A DNA stretch of 64,000 nt, from the NCBI RefSeq assembly GCF_028368995.1, contig NZ_JAQNDL010000004.1, forward strand, positions 448,001 to 512,000. Reading direction: 5' to 3'. The notes under the pieces are model-generated. The model was not told where the DNA came from. It was given only the letters and a program-made list of their open reading frames with translations, and made no database searches. Both the position numbers and the translations under genes were made by a program. Position 1 is the stretch's first letter; the number at the start of each line of letters is the position of its first letter. The DNA comes from Nannocystis bainbridge (lineage in GTDB: Bacteria > Myxococcota_A > Polyangia > Nannocystales > Nannocystaceae). This document shows positions 60,747-64,000 of the stretch, in pieces.

Positions 60747-63700
60747 ATGGGTTGGAGCTCCGCGTCGATCGCTGCGGCGGTGCTGGCGCTGGCGTGCGGT
60801 CCGGGCGTTCGCTCGGAGGCCGGGCCCGATCTGGCCAACCTGGCGGGCAAGAGCGGGGCCGACGAGCCGATCCGCCGCGAGCCGCCGATCTCGCTGACGG
60901 CCGCCGACGGGGCCGAGCTGCCGCTGCGGGTGCTGCGGGTGCGGGCGGTGCTCGATCAACCGCTGGCGTTCACGGAGCTCGAGCTGGCGTTCGACAACCC
61001 GGAGGGCCGCCCGCTGGCCGGCCGCCTGGCGCTGGCGATCCCGCCGGGCGCCCGCGTGACCCGGTTCGCGGCGTTCCGCGACGGGGCCTGGCAAGAGGCC
61101 GAGGTGGTGCCGCGGCGGACGGCGATCCAGGAGCTGGCGCTGAACCACGCGCCGCAAGAGCCGCAGCTGGTCGGGGCGCCGGAGGGCGAGCGCTTCGTGG
61201 CTCGCGTCGAGCCGATCGCGGCGCGGCAACAGACGCGGCTGATCGTGGCGTACACGCAGGAGATGCGCGGCCGCAGCGAGCCGTACCGGGTGCCGGTGGC
61301 CGGGCTGGCGCCGCTGCGCGAGCTGGCGGTGGCGCTGCGCTCGCGGGCGCCGCTGGTGATGGCCGGCGACCCACTGTTCGCGGGGGTCCGCGGCGACGGC
61401 GAGTTCTACCGGTTCGCCGACGTGCGTCCGACCGGCGACATCGTGGTCCAGCCGCACGGGCCGCGCGAGCTGGGGCTGCGCCACGACAACATGGTGGTGG
61501 CCCGGATCTCGCCGATCCCCCACGACCACCCGGATCCGGTCGAGAGCCTGGCGATCCTGTTCGACACCAGCGCCTCGCAGGCGCTCGGCTGGGACACCCA
61601 CGTCGACCGCCTGGGGCAGGTGATCGAGGAGCTGGTCGCGCGGGTCCCGAAGGACTTCCCGCTGCGGGTGGTGGCGTTCGACCAGGGCGCCGAGACGGCG
61701 TACGAGGGGACGATCCGCGGGTTCGGCGAGGCGGCGCTGGCGGCGATCCGCTCGCGGCGGCCGCTCGGCGCCTCGAACCTGCTGGGCGCGCTGCGCTTCG
61801 CGGCCCGCAGCGGCGAGCGACCGGCCCGGCGCATGCTGGTGATGACCGACGGGCTCATCACCGCCGGGGCGCACACCGAGGCGGCGCTGGTCGCCGAGGC
61901 CGAGCGGCTGCGCAAGGACGGGGTGGCCCGGCTCGACGTGATGCTCGAGGGCGGTGCGGCCGATCCGGCGCGGCTGCGCGGGCTGACGGCGCTGACGCAT
62001 TTGGGCGCGCAGCCGGAGACGCTCAAGGCGATGGGCCACGAGCTGGCGCCGTCGCGGCCGGGGCTGGTGCTGCGCAGCGGGGTGACGCCGCGGGTCGCGG
62101 CGCATCGGCTGACCCGCACGGTGGTGCGCGACGTCGAGGTGCGCGTGCCCGGCAGCGGCTGGGTCTACCCGCAGAAGCTCGAGAGCGTGCAGGCCGGCGA
62201 CGACGTGCTGGTCTACGCCGAGTACGCGGAGGACGAGCTCGAGGTCGAGCTGGTCGGGCACGAGGTCGCGGCGCGCCACGGCGTGGCGCTGACGCGCTCG
62301 CCGTCGCCGCTGCTGCAGGACGCGTGGGCGGGGGCCCGCGCGGCCTGGCTGATCGACCAGGCCCGCTCGTGCGCCCGCGGGCCCGACGACACCTGCGACA
62401 AGTTCCGCGAGCGCGCGGTCGAGTTCTCGCTGTCGAACCGGATCGTCAACGACGCCACGGCGATGGTGGTGATCGGCTCGGCCCACGACTACGCCCGCTT
62501 CGGCCTCGACGGCACCTCGCTGCGCGACGTGCTGACGGTCGGCAAGTTCGGGCCCGAGTGGCGCGAGGCGGCCCCGGTGCCGCTGCCCGACGAGCGGGCC
62601 GCGCCGCCGTCGCACGCGCTGCTGGCCGGGCTGCGCATGTCGAGCTTCGACGCCGCGCCGGCGCCGACCACCGCCGCGGCCCCGCCGGTGCCGCCGGTGC
62701 CTGTCCGATCGCGCAGGTCCGAACGGCAAGGTCCCAAGAGACCTGTCCGAGAGAACAGCCGACCCGACGCCGCCGCCGATCAGGCCGGCGAGGACGCGCG
62801 CGACCGCATGCGCGACAAGGACGCCGGGCTGCGCTTCGGGCCCCAGCGCACGCCGGCCGACGCCTACGAGGGCAACTTCCTGGCGGTGATGAACCTGCTC
62901 GGCGCGTGGGACGACAAGCGCAACGCGCTCGGGGTGGCGGAGCGGTGGCAGCGGGCGGCGCCGGCCGACGTGATGGCGCTGCTGGCCCTCGGCGAGGCGC
63001 TCGAGGCCAACGGCCGCGACGACCTGGCGGCCCGCGCCTACGGCTCGCTGATCGATCTGTACCCCGGCCGCGCCGACGTGCGGCGGACCGCGGCGGGCCG
63101 GCTCGAGCGGACCGGCGAGGGCGCGGGCGGGCTGGTCCTCGACGCCTACAGCCGCGCGGTCGAGCAGCGCTACGACGATCCGGCCGGCTATCGCCTGTAC
63201 GCCTACGCGCTGCTGCGGGCCGGCTACTTCGGCGAGGCGTGGGCGGCCCTGCTCGACGGCATGGCGTGGGCCCGCGTCGAGCCGAAGACCCGCGGGCTCG
63301 AGCGCGTGTTCAAGGACGATCTCGGCCTGGTCGCGGCGGCGTGGATCCGTCGCTGGCCCGACCAGCGCGACTACGTGATGGAGGCGCTGCGGGTGCAGGA
63401 GGCCGAGCTGGCCGAGCAGCCGTCGCTGCGGTTCGTGCTCAGCTGGGACGACGCGCAGAGCGACCTCGACCTGCACGTGCGCGACGGCCACGGCTGGCAC
63501 GCCTTCTACCGCGAGAAATCACTCGAGTCGGGCGGCCGCCTGCTCGACGACATGGACGCGGGCTACGGGCTCGAGGCGTTCGTGATCGACGGAACGGCCG
63601 CGGCCTACCCGTACCGGCTCGAGGTCGGCTACTACGGCCGGGGCTCCGACTACGGGGCGGGCAAGGTCCAGATCGTCGAGCACGACGGCGCGGGCCAGCT

Positions 63701-63827
63701 GTACTTCGACGAGCGGCCGTTCGTGGTCCTCAAGCAGCGCGGCTACGTCGACCTCGGGGCGCTGACGGGCTCGCTGGCGCCCGCGAGCCGGAGCACGGTC
63801 GCCGCGCTGGCGCCGACCGGCAAATGA
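60747..63827 (+). CDS. VIT + VWA + TPR + YfaP/DUF2135-like lipoprotein
   Basis: LALAC lipobox; VIT (AFTELELAFDNP), VWA (LFDTSAS, MTDG), LSWD..SDLDLHV...GYGLE; the start could be 60723. Confidence 0.85.
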   Translation: MGWSSASIAAAVLALACGPGVRSEAGPDLANLAGKSGADEPIRREPPISLTAADGAELPLRVLRVRAVLDQPLAFTELELAFDNPEGRPLAGRLALAIPPGARVTRFAAFRDGAWQEAEVVPRRTAIQELALNHAPQEPQLVGAPEGERFVARVEPIAARQQTRLIVAYTQEMRGRSEPYRVPVAGLAPLRELAVALRSRAPLVMAGDPLFAGVRGDGEFYRFADVRPTGDIVVQPHGPRELGLRHDNMVVARISPIPHDHPDPVESLAILFDTSASQALGWDTHVDRLGQVIEELVARVPKDFPLRVVAFDQGAETAYEGTIRGFGEAALAAIRSRRPLGASNLLGALRFAARSGERPARRMLVMTDGLITAGAHTEAALVAEAERLRKDGVARLDVMLEGGAADPARLRGLTALTHLGAQPETLKAMGHELAPSRPGLVLRSGVTPRVAAHRLTRTVVRDVEVRVPGSGWVYPQKLESVQAGDDVLVYAEYAEDELEVELVGHEVAARHGVALTRSPSPLLQDAWAGARAAWLIDQARSCARGPDDTCDKFRERAVEFSLSNRIVNDATAMVVIGSAHDYARFGLDGTSLRDVLTVGKFGPEWREAAPVPLPDERAAPPSHALLAGLRMSSFDAAPAPTTAAAPPVPPVPVRSRRSERQGPKRPVRENSRPDAAADQAGEDARDRMRDKDAGLRFGPQRTPADAYEGNFLAVMNLLGAWDDKRNALGVAERWQRAAPADVMALLALGEALEANGRDDLAARAYGSLIDLYPGRADVRRTAAGRLERTGEGAGGLVLDAYSRAVEQRYDDPAGYRLYAYALLRAGYFGEAWAALLDGMAWARVEPKTRGLERVFKDDLGLVAAAWIRRWPDQRDYVMEALRVQEAELAEQPSLRFVLSWDDAQSDLDLHVRDGHGWHAFYREKSLESGGRLLDDMDAGYGLEAFVIDGTAAAYPYRLEVGYYGRGSDYGAGKVQIVEHDGAGQLYFDERPFVVLKQRGYVDLGALTGSLAPASRSTVAALAPTGK

Positions 63828-63842
63828 GATCACGCTCGGGGC

Positions 63843-64000
63843 ATGCGCTTCGAGAAGGGCTACCGCAGCGACGACGTCATCGACCGCCGGGGTCAGCGCA
63901 GCTTCGGCGGCGGAGGCGGCGGGGGCGGGGCGATGCTCGGCCTGGTCGGCATGCTGCTGCGCTCGCGGTTCGGGTGGTTCGGCGTGATCGTCATGCTCAT
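63843..64000 (+). CDS. Probable YpfJ-type neutral zinc metallopeptidase (5' part only)
   Basis: MRFEKGYRSDDVIDRRG...GGGG followed by a TM helix, the typical N-terminus of this family; truncated by the window end. Confidence 0.65.
   Translation, partial: MRFEKGYRSDDVIDRRGQRSFGGGGGGGGAMLGLVGMLLRSRFGWFGVIVML

Overview
Very GC-rich, gene-dense bacterial chromosomal window. It is most likely from a myxobacterium (Nannocystaceae-like); this is inferred from a MYXO-CTERM-type C-terminus, many Cys-rich lipoproteins and DUF4388/TPR proteins. About 50 CDS are supported: a GH18 chitinase lipoprotein and three tandem VWA lipoproteins; a Rrf2-cysK-moeB-cysO-cysM-mec cysteine operon; efp-epmA; a TPR/TonB/ExbB/ExbD/ExbD module followed by a ~1370-aa thrombospondin-type-3 lipoprotein; sppA; tyrS, zapA and prfA; queF; an S46 dipeptidyl peptidase; an AAC(3)-family acetyltransferase; an Omp85-DUF4390-NtrY-like operon; a stand-alone GlmU N-domain; and a VIT/VWA/TPR protein. 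I recognised no rRNA, tRNA, CRISPR array or transposase. The most striking unexplained signal is a dispersed family of degenerate 14-bp palindromic units (about TGTCC-N4-GGACA) concatenated with an exact 14-bp period. These arrays occupy 7 of the 8 convergent gene junctions and are also written into coding sequences. Three other local hairpin or tandem repeat arrays are present, and many genes look leaderless (-10 box directly before the start codon). Family assignments come from motif recognition only; no database searches were run.
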